Shown piece after piece: positions 8,377 through 17,350 of a stretch of DNA of 47,344 nt (position 1 is its first letter; each line of letters starts with the position of its first letter). The position numbers and the translations under genes were made by a program. The DNA comes from a virus (lineage: Duplodnaviria; Caudoviricetes), in IMG/VR virus record IMGVR_UViG_3300037589_000201, positions 1-47,344 of that record. One strand, given 5' to 3'. The notes under the pieces are model-generated. The model was given only the letters and a program-made list of their open reading frames with translations, did no database searches and had not been told where the DNA came from.

Positions 8377-10711
8377 AAAGGTGAAGTTCGACTGGTACTG
8401 GCCAGACGGCTCAAAGGCCACCAGAGGCCCCCGGCTTGCATTCGACATTGAGACCAATGGGCTGCTGCCTGAGGTGGACTCTATGTGGTCCCTATGCATC
8501 CGGGACATAGACACCAAGGAGGAGTGGAGCTGCTGCCCAGCGGACGGCTTCCCCAGCCTGGAGGAGGGCCTTGAGCGCCTGTCTAAGGCCTCCCTGATTG
8601 TCGGCCACAACATCATCTCCTACGACATTCCGGTCATCAAGCACCTCTACCCAGGGTGGGACTTTGAAGGCATTGCGCGGGATACCCTGCTGCTTGCCAA
8701 AATGATCTGGCCCATGGAGGCCCTCAAGGACCTCGACGCCCCTAGGCTATACCGGAAAGAGCTGGAGAATGCGGGTGTACAGATCAGGCCGGGGCAGATA
8801 CCCGGTCGCCTTATGGGTGCCCAGAAGCTGGAGGCCTGGGGCTACCGGATGAAGCTACAGAAGGGCGAGTACGTCGAGGATGTGCTGACCCATGGCAAGC
8901 TCCTGGCGGCGGACCCAGCCTATGAGGTTCCTGAGGAGCTTCGCCCGCTGATCGTCCCCGAGGCCGAGACTTACGGCAGGACAAAGACCCGGCTGATGCC
9001 GTGGAAGGCCTGGAACCTCCCCATGCAGCGGTACTGCGAGGTGGACGTAGATGTCACGGTTCGCCTGTTCACGCTGATCGAGGAGCATCTCACGGGGACC
9101 GCAAAGGCGGCTAAGGGCGTCGGCTGGTCCCCACAATGCGTCGTCCTGGAGCATGAGACCTGGGAGCACTGCCTCAAGCAGGAGGCCCGTGGCTATGGCT
9201 TTGACATGGACGGAGCGGTCGAACTCGCCGCCACCCTGAAGAACCGCCAGGCGGAGCTGCACAAGGCGCTTCGTGAGGTCTTCGGCTCCTGGTGGGCACC
9301 CGTCACAGGGGTGGACCCCCGCAAGGGTTCTCTCCCGGCGAGGGATCGGTCGGAGAAGAGCAAGCTCCCACCAATCACCTCCAAGCGTGTCTCGGAGAAG
9401 ACCGGGAAAGAGCTGAAGCCCTACGTGGGTCCTCCGCTCATCCACTACACCACGGACTCCCCGTTCGTCTCCTTCCGGCGCGTTCGGTTCAACCCGAAGT
9501 CGAGGGCACACCTGGGGAAGCGGCTGCAAGAGCTGTATGGGTGGAAGCCTACGGAGTTTGGCGGGAAGAACGGCGACCAGGCCAAGGTGGACGAGACCAC
9601 CATCAAGGAGATCGCGGACAGCATCATCCCCGAGGACCTGAAGCAGACCATCCTGGAGGAGTTCGTCATTTCGAAGACCCTCGGCCAGCTGGCTGACGGC
9701 AACAAGGCCTGGATCAACCTGAGGGCTGACGATGGGCGGCTGCACGGACGGGTTGACCCCCTCGGCACCATCTCCCACCGGGGTGCCCACAAGGACCCGA
9801 ACCTGGGGCAGGTGCCCGCCGTCTCCGTTGACGAGAAGAAGGACGAGAACGGCAAGGTCATCTCCAAGGAGATCGTCTGGGGATGGGAGGGAGGCTTCGG
9901 TGCCGAGTGTCGCGGCCTGTTTGAGCCTGGAGTTCCTGGGTGGAAGCAGACGGGTTCTGACGCGGCTGGCTTGGAGCTTCGCCTCCTGGGGCACTACCTG
10001 TGGCCCTATGATGGCGGCGAGTTCGCCCGAAGGGTCTCAACACCTGGTCTCGACATCCATGCGGAGAACGCGAAGATCACCGGCCTCTCTCGGGCAGAGA
10101 CCAAGACGGTCACCTACGCATTCCTATATGGGGCGGGTGCCCTGAAGCTGGGCATCGGGGTTGGCATCAAGGACGAGGAGATCGAGGAGCTGGCCAACAG
10201 CGGCGCGGCGCGATCCTACCTCCACTGGCTAAAGACCCAGACCAAGCTCCCGGCACCGGACCAGAAGACCCTGGCACTCACCATGCGCGGCCAGGAGGTC
10301 AAGAAGAAGTTCCTTTCGGGCATTACCGGCCTGAAGGAACTCCAGGAGGACCTCAAGACTGAGGCCAAGCAGTACGGCTTCATCAAGGGCCTGGATGGTC
10401 GGAAGCTCTACATCCGCAAGGCCCATGCGGTCCTGAACCAAGCACTCCAGGGTGGTGGCGCTATTGTCTGCAAGATGTGGATGATCGGCAGTGCCAAGGA
10501 GCTTGAAGCCCGGAACATCAAGTGGGGCGAGGACTACGCCCAGATGGCCTGGGTACATGACGAGTGTCAGTACGAGCATAAGCCGGAACTGACGGACGTT
10601 TTCCCGGAGGTCTCAAGGCTGGCCATGAAGGCTGTGGCCCGTGAGCTGGCTTTCCGGGGAGAACTGGACACCGACACCAAGAGCGGAAGCAACTGGAGAG
10701 AGTGTCACTGA
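8351..10711 (+). CDS. Family A DNA polymerase with 3'-5' exonuclease (gp5-like)
   Basis: FDIETNGL, VGHNIISYD, YCEVDV, HKDPNLGQVP, DAAGLELR, RAETKTVTYAFLYGAG, NQALQGGGA, WVHDE, C-terminal NWRECH. Confidence 0.97.
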   Translation: METKTTATEKVKFDWYWPDGSKATRGPRLAFDIETNGLLPEVDSMWSLCIRDIDTKEEWSCCPADGFPSLEEGLERLSKASLIVGHNIISYDIPVIKHLYPGWDFEGIARDTLLLAKMIWPMEALKDLDAPRLYRKELENAGVQIRPGQIPGRLMGAQKLEAWGYRMKLQKGEYVEDVLTHGKLLAADPAYEVPEELRPLIVPEAETYGRTKTRLMPWKAWNLPMQRYCEVDVDVTVRLFTLIEEHLTGTAKAAKGVGWSPQCVVLEHETWEHCLKQEARGYGFDMDGAVELAATLKNRQAELHKALREVFGSWWAPVTGVDPRKGSLPARDRSEKSKLPPITSKRVSEKTGKELKPYVGPPLIHYTTDSPFVSFRRVRFNPKSRAHLGKRLQELYGWKPTEFGGKNGDQAKVDETTIKEIADSIIPEDLKQTILEEFVISKTLGQLADGNKAWINLRADDGRLHGRVDPLGTISHRGAHKDPNLGQVPAVSVDEKKDENGKVISKEIVWGWEGGFGAECRGLFEPGVPGWKQTGSDAAGLELRLLGHYLWPYDGGEFARRVSTPGLDIHAENAKITGLSRAETKTVTYAFLYGAGALKLGIGVGIKDEEIEELANSGAARSYLHWLKTQTKLPAPDQKTLALTMRGQEVKKKFLSGITGLKELQEDLKTEAKQYGFIKGLDGRKLYIRKAHAVLNQALQGGGAIVCKMWMIGSAKELEARNIKWGEDYAQMAWVHDECQYEHKPELTDVFPEVSRLAMKAVARELAFRGELDTDTKSGSNWRECH

Positions 10712-10729
10712 CCCTACCACAAAACACAC
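10711..10729 (+). promoter_or_regulatory. Dispersed 19-bp motif copy
   Basis: ACCCTACCACAAAACACAC between the PolA stop and an AAGGAG RBS. Confidence 0.8.
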
Positions 10730-10742
10730 CAAGGAGCATACC

Positions 10743-11114
10743 ATGTCACTTGTTACCGGCGACGACATCTTCGTCCCATTCTCGATCAACCAGACCGACC
10801 TCCTCGCTGGCACTTCTGCCGAGATCGTCGCCCCCGTGAAGGGCTTCGTCAAGGGAGCCACTGTCATCGTCCAGACCGCCGTGGGAACCGGTGGCGACAT
10901 CACCGTGAAGATTGCTGATACCGCCGTCACCGGCCTGACCCTCACCGTTGCCGACTCGGCCACCAAGGGCACCGTTGTCACCGACGAGGCCACCGTGGGT
11001 GCCCCGGCAGACCGTGAGGTGGACAAGAACGAACGCATCCAGGTGGTTCCTGCCGCCGCATTCGCCACGTCCGGCGCGGTCAACGGCTTCGTCATCATCA
11101 ACACCGGCAAGTAA
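10743..11114 (+). CDS. Beta-rich small protein, possibly virion decoration/cement type
   Basis: Strong RBS; Thr/Ala/Val/Gly-rich beta-strand pattern. Confidence 0.7.
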   Translation: MSLVTGDDIFVPFSINQTDLLAGTSAEIVAPVKGFVKGATVIVQTAVGTGGDITVKIADTAVTGLTLTVADSATKGTVVTDEATVGAPADREVDKNERIQVVPAAAFATSGAVNGFVIINTGK

Positions 11115-11136
11115 TACCATCCCAGGAGTACCCACT

Positions 11137-11418
11137 TTGAGAAGTCTTGCGAGATCGCGGCAGGTGGCCGGTACTGGGTTCTTGGGGGAGTACCCTCCGG
11201 AAGCCGTCGAGGTCATCAGGTACTCCTGGGAAGGCCCTTTTCACATCTCATCGAACTACGCCAGGTCTCACAGCATCGCTGTGGCCTTCGCGGCGTCCAT
11301 GGGGTGGATCAGCAACATCGCTCCGGACGGAGTGACCATCAGCCGTCAATGGCACCCAACCGCCGAGGGGCTGTTTGCCCTGAGGTCCGAAGAAAACACC
11401 CTACAACCGGAGATTTGA
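11137..11418 (+). CDS. T7 gp5.7-like protein (host RNAP inhibitor family)
   Basis: SNYARSHSIAVAFAASMGWIS...WHPTAEG resembles T7 gp5.7 SNYVRNNASLVAEAASRGHIS...WEITASG; TTG start after AGGAG; located between pol and exo. Confidence 0.8.
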   Translation: MRSLARSRQVAGTGFLGEYPPEAVEVIRYSWEGPFHISSNYARSHSIAVAFAASMGWISNIAPDGVTISRQWHPTAEGLFALRSEENTLQPEI

Positions 11419-11419
11419 T

Positions 11420-11686
11420 ATGCTGACTGTACTACTTGTAACCCTTGCCCTGTCCTGCCTGATCTGGACCCTCGGGAACCTGTTTGCAGGTGACCGTAGC
11501 ATTTCGAGCCTGAAGCCCGCCCTGGGTCGCCGCATCCTTCTGGTCACCGTCACACCCTGGGTGGCCCTCATGGTCGCCATGATGATGCTCGTCGCCTCGA
11601 TCACACGCACTGCCGACCTGGAGGACGTGAAGGAGTTCACCACGGAGGTCCTCGGCGACTGGAAGGTGGCTTGGGATGGGGAATAA
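11420..11686 (+). CDS. Small membrane protein
   Basis: GGAG RBS, two hydrophobic helices. Confidence 0.7.
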   Translation: MLTVLLVTLALSCLIWTLGNLFAGDRSISSLKPALGRRILLVTVTPWVALMVAMMMLVASITRTADLEDVKEFTTEVLGDWKVAWDGE

Positions 11687-12536
11687 GCTCACCGGACTGA
11701 TTGACGGCGACACGGTGGCCTTCATTGCGGCGGCAGCAGCCCAGGGAGTCTTGGAGACCGAGGGTGGTTTCCTGGAGCCTTTCGCCCGCCGCCCTGATGG
11801 GGAGGCCATCGTGGACAACACGATCCACTGGCTGAAGACGAAGCTGGGGCTGACAGACCTCAAGGTCTTCCTCAGCTGCCCCGCAGAGGAGAACTGGCGG
11901 CTCGGGATTGACCCCGAGTACAAGTCGAACCGCAAGGCCTCTGTCCGGCCCCTCCTGCTGACCCCTCTGAAGGAATACCTGCGGCGAGCGTTCGGCGCGG
12001 ACCACCTGGCGTTCCTGGAGGCTGACGATGCCATTGGCGTCTATGCCACCTCGAAGGAACTCATCGAAGGGGACCGCATCATCATCGGCCTCGACAAGGA
12101 CTTCCGGACGATCCCAGGGACACACTTCCAGTTCCGGGACCTGGACCAGCATCGGGAGCCAAACGTCCGAGAGATCACCGCCGGGGAGGCCATCAAGTGG
12201 CACTATGCCCAGGCCCTCGCAGGTGACGCTGTGGACGGATACGCCGGGTGCCCAGGCATCGGGATGACACGCGCTCTCCGCATCGTGGAGTCGCCAGAGC
12301 GGTTGGTGCCGAAGGAGGGTGTGATCACCCGTGGTGCCCGCAAAGGCGAGAAGGTCATCAAGTGGCACTCCGCAGGGCCATGCTCGATCTGGGAGGCCGT
12401 TGTCTCCTGCTACGAGAAGGAAGGTCTGAGTGAGGCAGATGCCCTCCGGACGGCCCGTCTCGCCAAAATCCTCCACGCAACCGACTACGACATTGAGACC
12501 AAGAGGATCAGACTCTGGGTCCCCGACAAGGAGTAA
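11676..12536 (+). CDS. 5'-3' exonuclease (gp6-like)
   Basis: LIDGD, YKSNRK, LEADDAIG, DKDFRTIPG, GDAVDGYAGCPGIG, ARLAKIL. Confidence 0.96.
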   Translation: MGNKLTGLIDGDTVAFIAAAAAQGVLETEGGFLEPFARRPDGEAIVDNTIHWLKTKLGLTDLKVFLSCPAEENWRLGIDPEYKSNRKASVRPLLLTPLKEYLRRAFGADHLAFLEADDAIGVYATSKELIEGDRIIIGLDKDFRTIPGTHFQFRDLDQHREPNVREITAGEAIKWHYAQALAGDAVDGYAGCPGIGMTRALRIVESPERLVPKEGVITRGARKGEKVIKWHSAGPCSIWEAVVSCYEKEGLSEADALRTARLAKILHATDYDIETKRIRLWVPDKE

Positions 12537-12540
12537 CACC

Positions 12541-12708
12541 ATGATCATCGCTTACTGGCTCTTCCTGGCCGCTCTCGGCGTCCTCCAGGTAATGGGCACC
12601 ATCGCCATCTCCTTCTGGGCGTGGATCGCCTTGCTGGCCCTCCCGTTCGCCCTGGTGGCCCTGTTCCTGCTGTTCCAGCTGCTCCTCCTAGGGATGTTCT
12701 CCCGATGA
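12541..12708 (+). CDS. Small hydrophobic membrane protein
   Basis: AAGGAG RBS, ATG 12541, almost entirely hydrophobic. Confidence 0.7.
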   Translation: MIIAYWLFLAALGVLQVMGTIAISFWAWIALLALPFALVALFLLFQLLLLGMFSR

Positions 12709-12917
12709 GTGGGCGGCTCCGGGAGGCCAACCTCGGGGCCAGGACAAAGAGAGCCATCCTGGAGGACCTGGACTACCTGATCAAAAGGGTGACCAAGGTT
12801 CGTCAGGGTGACGAGAAGTTCCTGGATGCCCGCCTGCGTCCAGTCAGTGAGGCGGTCTATGCCCTCAACGCTGCGCGGAGGAGCCTGGATGCCGGACTCA
12901 TTGAAAGCCCTGAATGA
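12705..12917 (+). CDS. Hypothetical protein
   Basis: ATGA overlap with the upstream gene. Confidence 0.6.
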   Translation: MSGRLREANLGARTKRAILEDLDYLIKRVTKVRQGDEKFLDARLRPVSEAVYALNAARRSLDAGLIESPE

Positions 12918-13536
12918 GCAGGCCGACAGAGCAGTCCGACTACAGCAGCAGAGGAGGAGCAGGCTGGCAGTCTCCAACGCCATAGAGCTTTCCCTGACGG
13001 ACACACCACTAGACGAGGTGCTCTTGCTCCTCGCCACACACATCCAACACCTACAGGAGTTTAGCGATATGGAGCTGGACTACAAGTTTGCCGGTCTGGA
13101 GGGGGCATGGCCCGTCAATCACCGGCAGTGGGTAGAGAAGCGAAGGGTGGGCCGCGAGCGGTTCCTCACGGAGAACGACCTCACGGAGTTCCAGGCCGAA
13201 GTCATCGGCGAGCTGCTTGACCCCGAGAACGGACATGAGGAGCGGCTTGAGCTATTCGCTCGCCTCCTCGCCCACGCAGACCTGCTGGACAGCTCCGGAT
13301 GGACACCCATGCGGAGTACCGGGGACATGGTGGTGCGCCCAGCCCACTACGACAGGTTCCCCCTGGAGCCGACGAAGTTCGCCATGGAGTATGGCCTGAA
13401 CTGGTGCGAGGGCAATGCCCTGAAGTACCTCTCCAGGTTTCCCTTCAAGAATGGCACCGAGGACCTGCGGAAGGCCTCCCGGTACATCGAGATGGAGGAC
13501 CGCTTCATGGCCGGTCGGGAGGACTGGAGCGAATGA
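12889..13536 (+). CDS. DUF3310 (gp1.7/SaV-like nucleotide kinase domain) protein
   Basis: C-terminal VVRPAHY...GNALKYLSRFPFKNGTEDLRKASRYI; two in-frame RBS+ATG starts (12889, 13069). Confidence 0.8.
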   Translation: MPDSLKALNEQADRAVRLQQQRRSRLAVSNAIELSLTDTPLDEVLLLLATHIQHLQEFSDMELDYKFAGLEGAWPVNHRQWVEKRRVGRERFLTENDLTEFQAEVIGELLDPENGHEERLELFARLLAHADLLDSSGWTPMRSTGDMVVRPAHYDRFPLEPTKFAMEYGLNWCEGNALKYLSRFPFKNGTEDLRKASRYIEMEDRFMAGREDWSE

Positions 13537-13730
13537 AAGCTACGCCCTTCCCAGACACCCGGTGGAAGAGCCTTGAGGACCTCGCAGGGTGGCTGCGTGA
13601 CCGGTTCCCTGAGGCCTGCCTCCATCCGGACGAGACGGAGATACAGGGACGTGTCCGCAGCGCAGAGGTTCTCCTGGCCCGCCGTATCGCCACCACCATC
13701 CTGAACCCTCACGACGACGAGGAGGAGTGA
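13533..13730 (+). CDS. Hypothetical protein (gp6.5 position)
   Basis: GGAGG RBS; WLRDRFP motif; position before virion genes. Confidence 0.65.
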   Translation: MKATPFPDTRWKSLEDLAGWLRDRFPEACLHPDETEIQGRVRSAEVLLARRIATTILNPHDDEEE

Positions 13731-13736
13731 CCCTCA

Positions 13737-13964
13737 ATGTGCAGTCAACCCGAACAGCCGAAGGCCCCTACAAACCCGGTCCAGTACCATCCGGACGAGG
13801 CCGACAGCAAGGCATTCTCCATAATCATGGAGGACGAGAATGGGGTACGAGACCTGAACAAGCCGAAGGCCGCAGCGCCCCCACCGGTCACCTCCAAGCG
13901 TGACGAGGAGGACGAGGACTTCGACTACGTGGCCAACCCGTGGGCCAAGAACTCACCGTATTAA
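13737..13964 (+). CDS. Small virion protein (gp6.7-like position)
   Basis: MC start, Pro-rich, strong RBS. Confidence 0.6.
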   Translation: MCSQPEQPKAPTNPVQYHPDEADSKAFSIIMEDENGVRDLNKPKAAAPPPVTSKRDEEDEDFDYVANPWAKNSPY

Positions 13965-13975
13965 GGAGACAGCCA

Positions 13976-14230
13976 ATGTGCTTCAAAAGTGGATCATCCG
14001 GATCATCGAACGCATCCAGCGGTGGTGGTGGTGGTGGTGGCGGAGCTACAGCTACCAACGTCCCAGCACCCGCACCCGCGCCCCCGGCCCCAGCGCCTGA
14101 AGAGCCTGAGATCGGCACAGGCCGGAAGAAGGAGAGCCGAGAGGAGTTCGGAGCTGATGTTCCCAACTACCGGGTCTCCCGCAAAGCCAGCACCACACCG
14201 AGCAGCTCGCCCGGTCAAATCCAGATGTAA
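13976..14230 (+). CDS. Small virion/tail assembly protein (gp6.7/gp7.3-like)
   Basis: MCF start, Gly/Pro-rich, directly before portal. Confidence 0.65.
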   Translation: MCFKSGSSGSSNASSGGGGGGGGATATNVPAPAPAPPAPAPEEPEIGTGRKKESREEFGADVPNYRVSRKASTTPSSSPGQIQM

Positions 14231-14241
14231 GGAAACAGCCC

Positions 14242-15864
14242 ATGGAAACGGACCTTGGCATCCCTGCCGAGGAGTTCTACGAGAACGAGGTCTCCCTGCG
14301 ATCAGGCCCTGTTACCGTGGCGAGGCGACTGGCAGACCTTACGGTGCCATCGCTGTTCCCGCCAGAGGAGTGGAACTCCGGGGACGACATAACGATCCTC
14401 AACCAGTCCATCAACGCCAGGTGTGTGAACACCCTCTCCACCAAGCTTACCCAGGTGGCCCTCCCGCCAAACCTCCCGTTCGTGAAGTTCACCCCGGTGG
14501 GTGAGAGCATGGAGGAGGATATCAAGGCCGATCCGGGACTGTGGAGCGAGGTGCAGTACGCACTGTCTCGCCGGGAGCAGACACACCGGGAGCGCCTGGA
14601 GACAACCACAGCACGGTCCGCCTACGGTCGGTCCATCAGGCTACAGCTCGTGACGGGGAACTCCCTGACCATCTGGACTGAGCTGGACAAGCCGGTGGTC
14701 TACAATATGCACTCCTACGTGGTGAAGAGGTCCGAAGGCGGAACACCCCTGGTGACTGTGGCGAAGACCTCCATTGCAGCCGCCGAGGCCGACGAGGACA
14801 TCCTGGAGGCGGTCGAGAAGCAGCGAAAAAAGGAAGGCAAGAAGTCGGACGCCAAGAACGACTGGGAAGATGAGATCGGCATCTACCACGTCCAGAAGCT
14901 CATCACCTCCAAGTCCGGCAAGAAGCAGTGGCTCTACTGGCAGGAGGCCGAGGGCGGCTACGTGATCCCCGACACGGAGGCCTACGCGGACTACGATGTG
15001 CCCCACATGTACCCGGCTGGCCTGATCCACGAGCCTGGCTCCGACTGGTACCTGCCCTACAGCCTGGACTATGAGGGCGACATTCAGGCGGTGGAGACCT
15101 TCGCGGCCTCCCTACAGGATGGTGCAGCGGCCATGGCCTGGTTCCTGTTCTTCGTTGACCCTCTCGGGGAGACGAGGCTCAAGGATGTCCAGGAGGCCGA
15201 CTCGCTGGATGTCCTGAAGGGAAGGGCGGCAGATGTCACTGTACTCCAGGCCAACAAGGGCGGGGACTACCAGGGCATCTCCAACGAGTTCCAGGAGGCC
15301 TCACGACGACTGGGCTACGCCTTCGCAATGCACACCTCGGTCCAGCGGTCTGGGGAGCGTGTCACTGCCGAAGAGTGGAAGATCATGGCTCGTGAGCTTA
15401 ACGAGACCATGGGGGGCCTCTACTCGGACCTGGCAACAGGATACCAGAGGTGGTTCGTTCTCCGCTTCATCCACCTTCACCAGCTCGAAGACAAGAGCCT
15501 CAAGGCCCTCCCAGAGGGCAGCGTGAAGGTCGGCATCATGAATGGCGTGGAGAGCATCGGCCAGGATACTGACCTGACGAACCTCCTGGGGTGGGCAAGC
15601 GAAGCGGCCAACATCCTCGGACCGGAGCAGTTCGCCGGGGAGATCGACCGCCAGGGCTTCCTCAAGCGCCACGCCTCCCTGCGGGCCATCAAGCTCGAAG
15701 GCCTCCTCAAGTCACCTGACCAGAAGGCGGCTGAGGACAAGCAGAACATGGAACGTCAACAGCAACAAACACTCCTTGAGCAGGGCACTGGTCCTGTAGT
15801 CAAGGAGGGAGCCGCCGCTATGGCGGAGATGCTCAAGCAGCAACAAGGAGACAGCAATGGCTGA
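14242..15864 (+). CDS. Portal / head-tail connector (gp8-like)
   Basis: LTVPSLFP, QSINARCVNTLSTKL, LVTGN, QRSGERVTAEE, LNETMGGLYS. Confidence 0.96.
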   Translation: METDLGIPAEEFYENEVSLRSGPVTVARRLADLTVPSLFPPEEWNSGDDITILNQSINARCVNTLSTKLTQVALPPNLPFVKFTPVGESMEEDIKADPGLWSEVQYALSRREQTHRERLETTTARSAYGRSIRLQLVTGNSLTIWTELDKPVVYNMHSYVVKRSEGGTPLVTVAKTSIAAAEADEDILEAVEKQRKKEGKKSDAKNDWEDEIGIYHVQKLITSKSGKKQWLYWQEAEGGYVIPDTEAYADYDVPHMYPAGLIHEPGSDWYLPYSLDYEGDIQAVETFAASLQDGAAAMAWFLFFVDPLGETRLKDVQEADSLDVLKGRAADVTVLQANKGGDYQGISNEFQEASRRLGYAFAMHTSVQRSGERVTAEEWKIMARELNETMGGLYSDLATGYQRWFVLRFIHLHQLEDKSLKALPEGSVKVGIMNGVESIGQDTDLTNLLGWASEAANILGPEQFAGEIDRQGFLKRHASLRAIKLEGLLKSPDQKAAEDKQNMERQQQQTLLEQGTGPVVKEGAAAMAEMLKQQQGDSNG

Positions 15865-16708
15865 CAATGAGAACCCCACAGGCGCAGGCAGCTTCATGTC
15901 CGTCACCATGGGTGATGATGGCCCCGAGGTGAAGAAAGGGACACAGGATGGTCTTTCCCCCGATGACGTTGCAGATGTGGATGATGACCTTCCTTCGGAT
16001 GATGAACAGTCAGCTGCCACCGAGGATGATGCGGGAGGCGACGGCCCTGAGGCAGATACAGCTGAGGGAGACGAGGAGGGGTCTGATGTCGAGGACCTCG
16101 GCGACTTCGACCCCGAGAACGTCGAGCAGTGGGACGCCAAGTACCGGGACGAGTCCGGAAGCTTCCGCGAAGACCTCCTCTCCGCAGAGTTCGACGCCAA
16201 CGAAGGGCAGGGCCTGAACGAAGCCACCTACGACTACCTGGAGGCCCAGGGCTTCAAGAAGGACTTCGTGAAGGACATCGAGGCGGCTCTGGTCACCAAG
16301 CGTGATGCCGCCCTGAGTTCCGCCGACGAAACCACCATGGCCCTGATGACCAAGGCCGGTGGGCCGGACAAGCTGAAGAAGGCGTTGGACTGGGGCAAGA
16401 CTGGTGGCTACGACAAGGCCTCCCAGGAACGCTTCAACAAGGTCATGAGCGGCGATGATCCGGTTGCCAAGCAGGAGGCCGTCGAGCTTCTCATGGCCCG
16501 CTTCAAGTCCGCCGATCCGGAGGCCGTTGGGGAGGAGAAGCCCCAGAAGCCCCGCCGTGATGCCACCAAGGGCCGTGGTGGTCCCTCGAAGTCGTCCCTG
16601 AAGCCCTTCAAGAACCAGAAGGAATACCGGGAGGCGCTCGCCGAGGCGGGCGACAACCACGAGAAGATCAAGCAGGTAACGGCCCGCCGCCGTGCCTCCA
16701 GTCTGTAA
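15857..16708 (+). CDS. Capsid scaffolding protein (gp9-like)
   Basis: Acidic; AGGPDKLKKALDWG...FNKVM; follows portal. Confidence 0.88.
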   Translation: MADNENPTGAGSFMSVTMGDDGPEVKKGTQDGLSPDDVADVDDDLPSDDEQSAATEDDAGGDGPEADTAEGDEEGSDVEDLGDFDPENVEQWDAKYRDESGSFREDLLSAEFDANEGQGLNEATYDYLEAQGFKKDFVKDIEAALVTKRDAALSSADETTMALMTKAGGPDKLKKALDWGKTGGYDKASQERFNKVMSGDDPVAKQEAVELLMARFKSADPEAVGEEKPQKPRRDATKGRGGPSKSSLKPFKNQKEYREALAEAGDNHEKIKQVTARRRASSL

Positions 16709-16717
16709 GGAGGTGGC

Positions 16718-17257
16718 ATGTTTGAGCTGATCAAAGGTGTCGGCACGTTCCTCGTCAAGGAGGTGGCCGACTGGTCGCGCCGCAGGGACTCCCTGAAGGA
16801 GGTCAAGCTGGAGGCCGAGGTGGCGGAGATCAGGGCACGAGCCGAGATTGCCGCCTACAAGGTGAAGGCCGACATCGAGTGGGACCTGGCGTGGGCCGGA
16901 CAGGCGCAGTCCTCCTGGAAGGACGAGTTCATCCTCATCCTCTGGACCATCCCGATGCTGGCCTTCCTTCCGAGCCTGTTCTTCTCGGGTGCCCGTGAGG
17001 GTGTCCAGGGGACCCTGGAGTACCTTCAAGCACTTGGAGGGCCGGATGTCCTGAAGTTCTACATCTCGGGCTGGGCCGTGATCTTTGCCGCCACGTTCGG
17101 CATGAAGTCGGTCACCCAGATGATGCTTCCAGGGTCCATCTCGAAGATCACCGAGGCGTTCTCTTCGGTAGCTGATGACGTACCTGAGGCGGTCGCCAAG
17201 ACTGCCCAGTCCAAGGTCTCATCTTTCATGGAGAAGGTGCGTAGCGGCAAACTCTGA
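16718..17257 (+). CDS. Putative holin (GTA 3TM holin-like)
   Basis: N-terminal coiled segment, SSWKDEF motif followed by TM helices and AATFG. Confidence 0.7.
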   Translation: MFELIKGVGTFLVKEVADWSRRRDSLKEVKLEAEVAEIRARAEIAAYKVKADIEWDLAWAGQAQSSWKDEFILILWTIPMLAFLPSLFFSGAREGVQGTLEYLQALGGPDVLKFYISGWAVIFAATFGMKSVTQMMLPGSISKITEAFSSVADDVPEAVAKTAQSKVSSFMEKVRSGKL

Positions 17258-17275
17258 CCCTACCACACTCCACAT
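17257..17275 (+). promoter_or_regulatory. Dispersed 19-bp motif copy
   Basis: ACCCTACCACACTCCACAT upstream of major capsid. Confidence 0.75.
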
Positions 17276-17350
17276 CATTCTCCTCGGCGGTTCTGCTGGC
17301 GGGGAGTCGTCGGGGAATACCCCATCATACTTCCAATGGAGAAACCACAC

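Noticed and set aside
8900-9480. Intein or intron in DNA polymerase
   Set aside because: Extra segments lack intein terminal residues or homing endonuclease motifs; one lies at the thumb/thioredoxin-binding-loop position
14021-14040. (GGT)n microsatellite as a phase-variation switch
   Set aside because: Triplet repeat encoding a Gly linker; length change would not shift the frame
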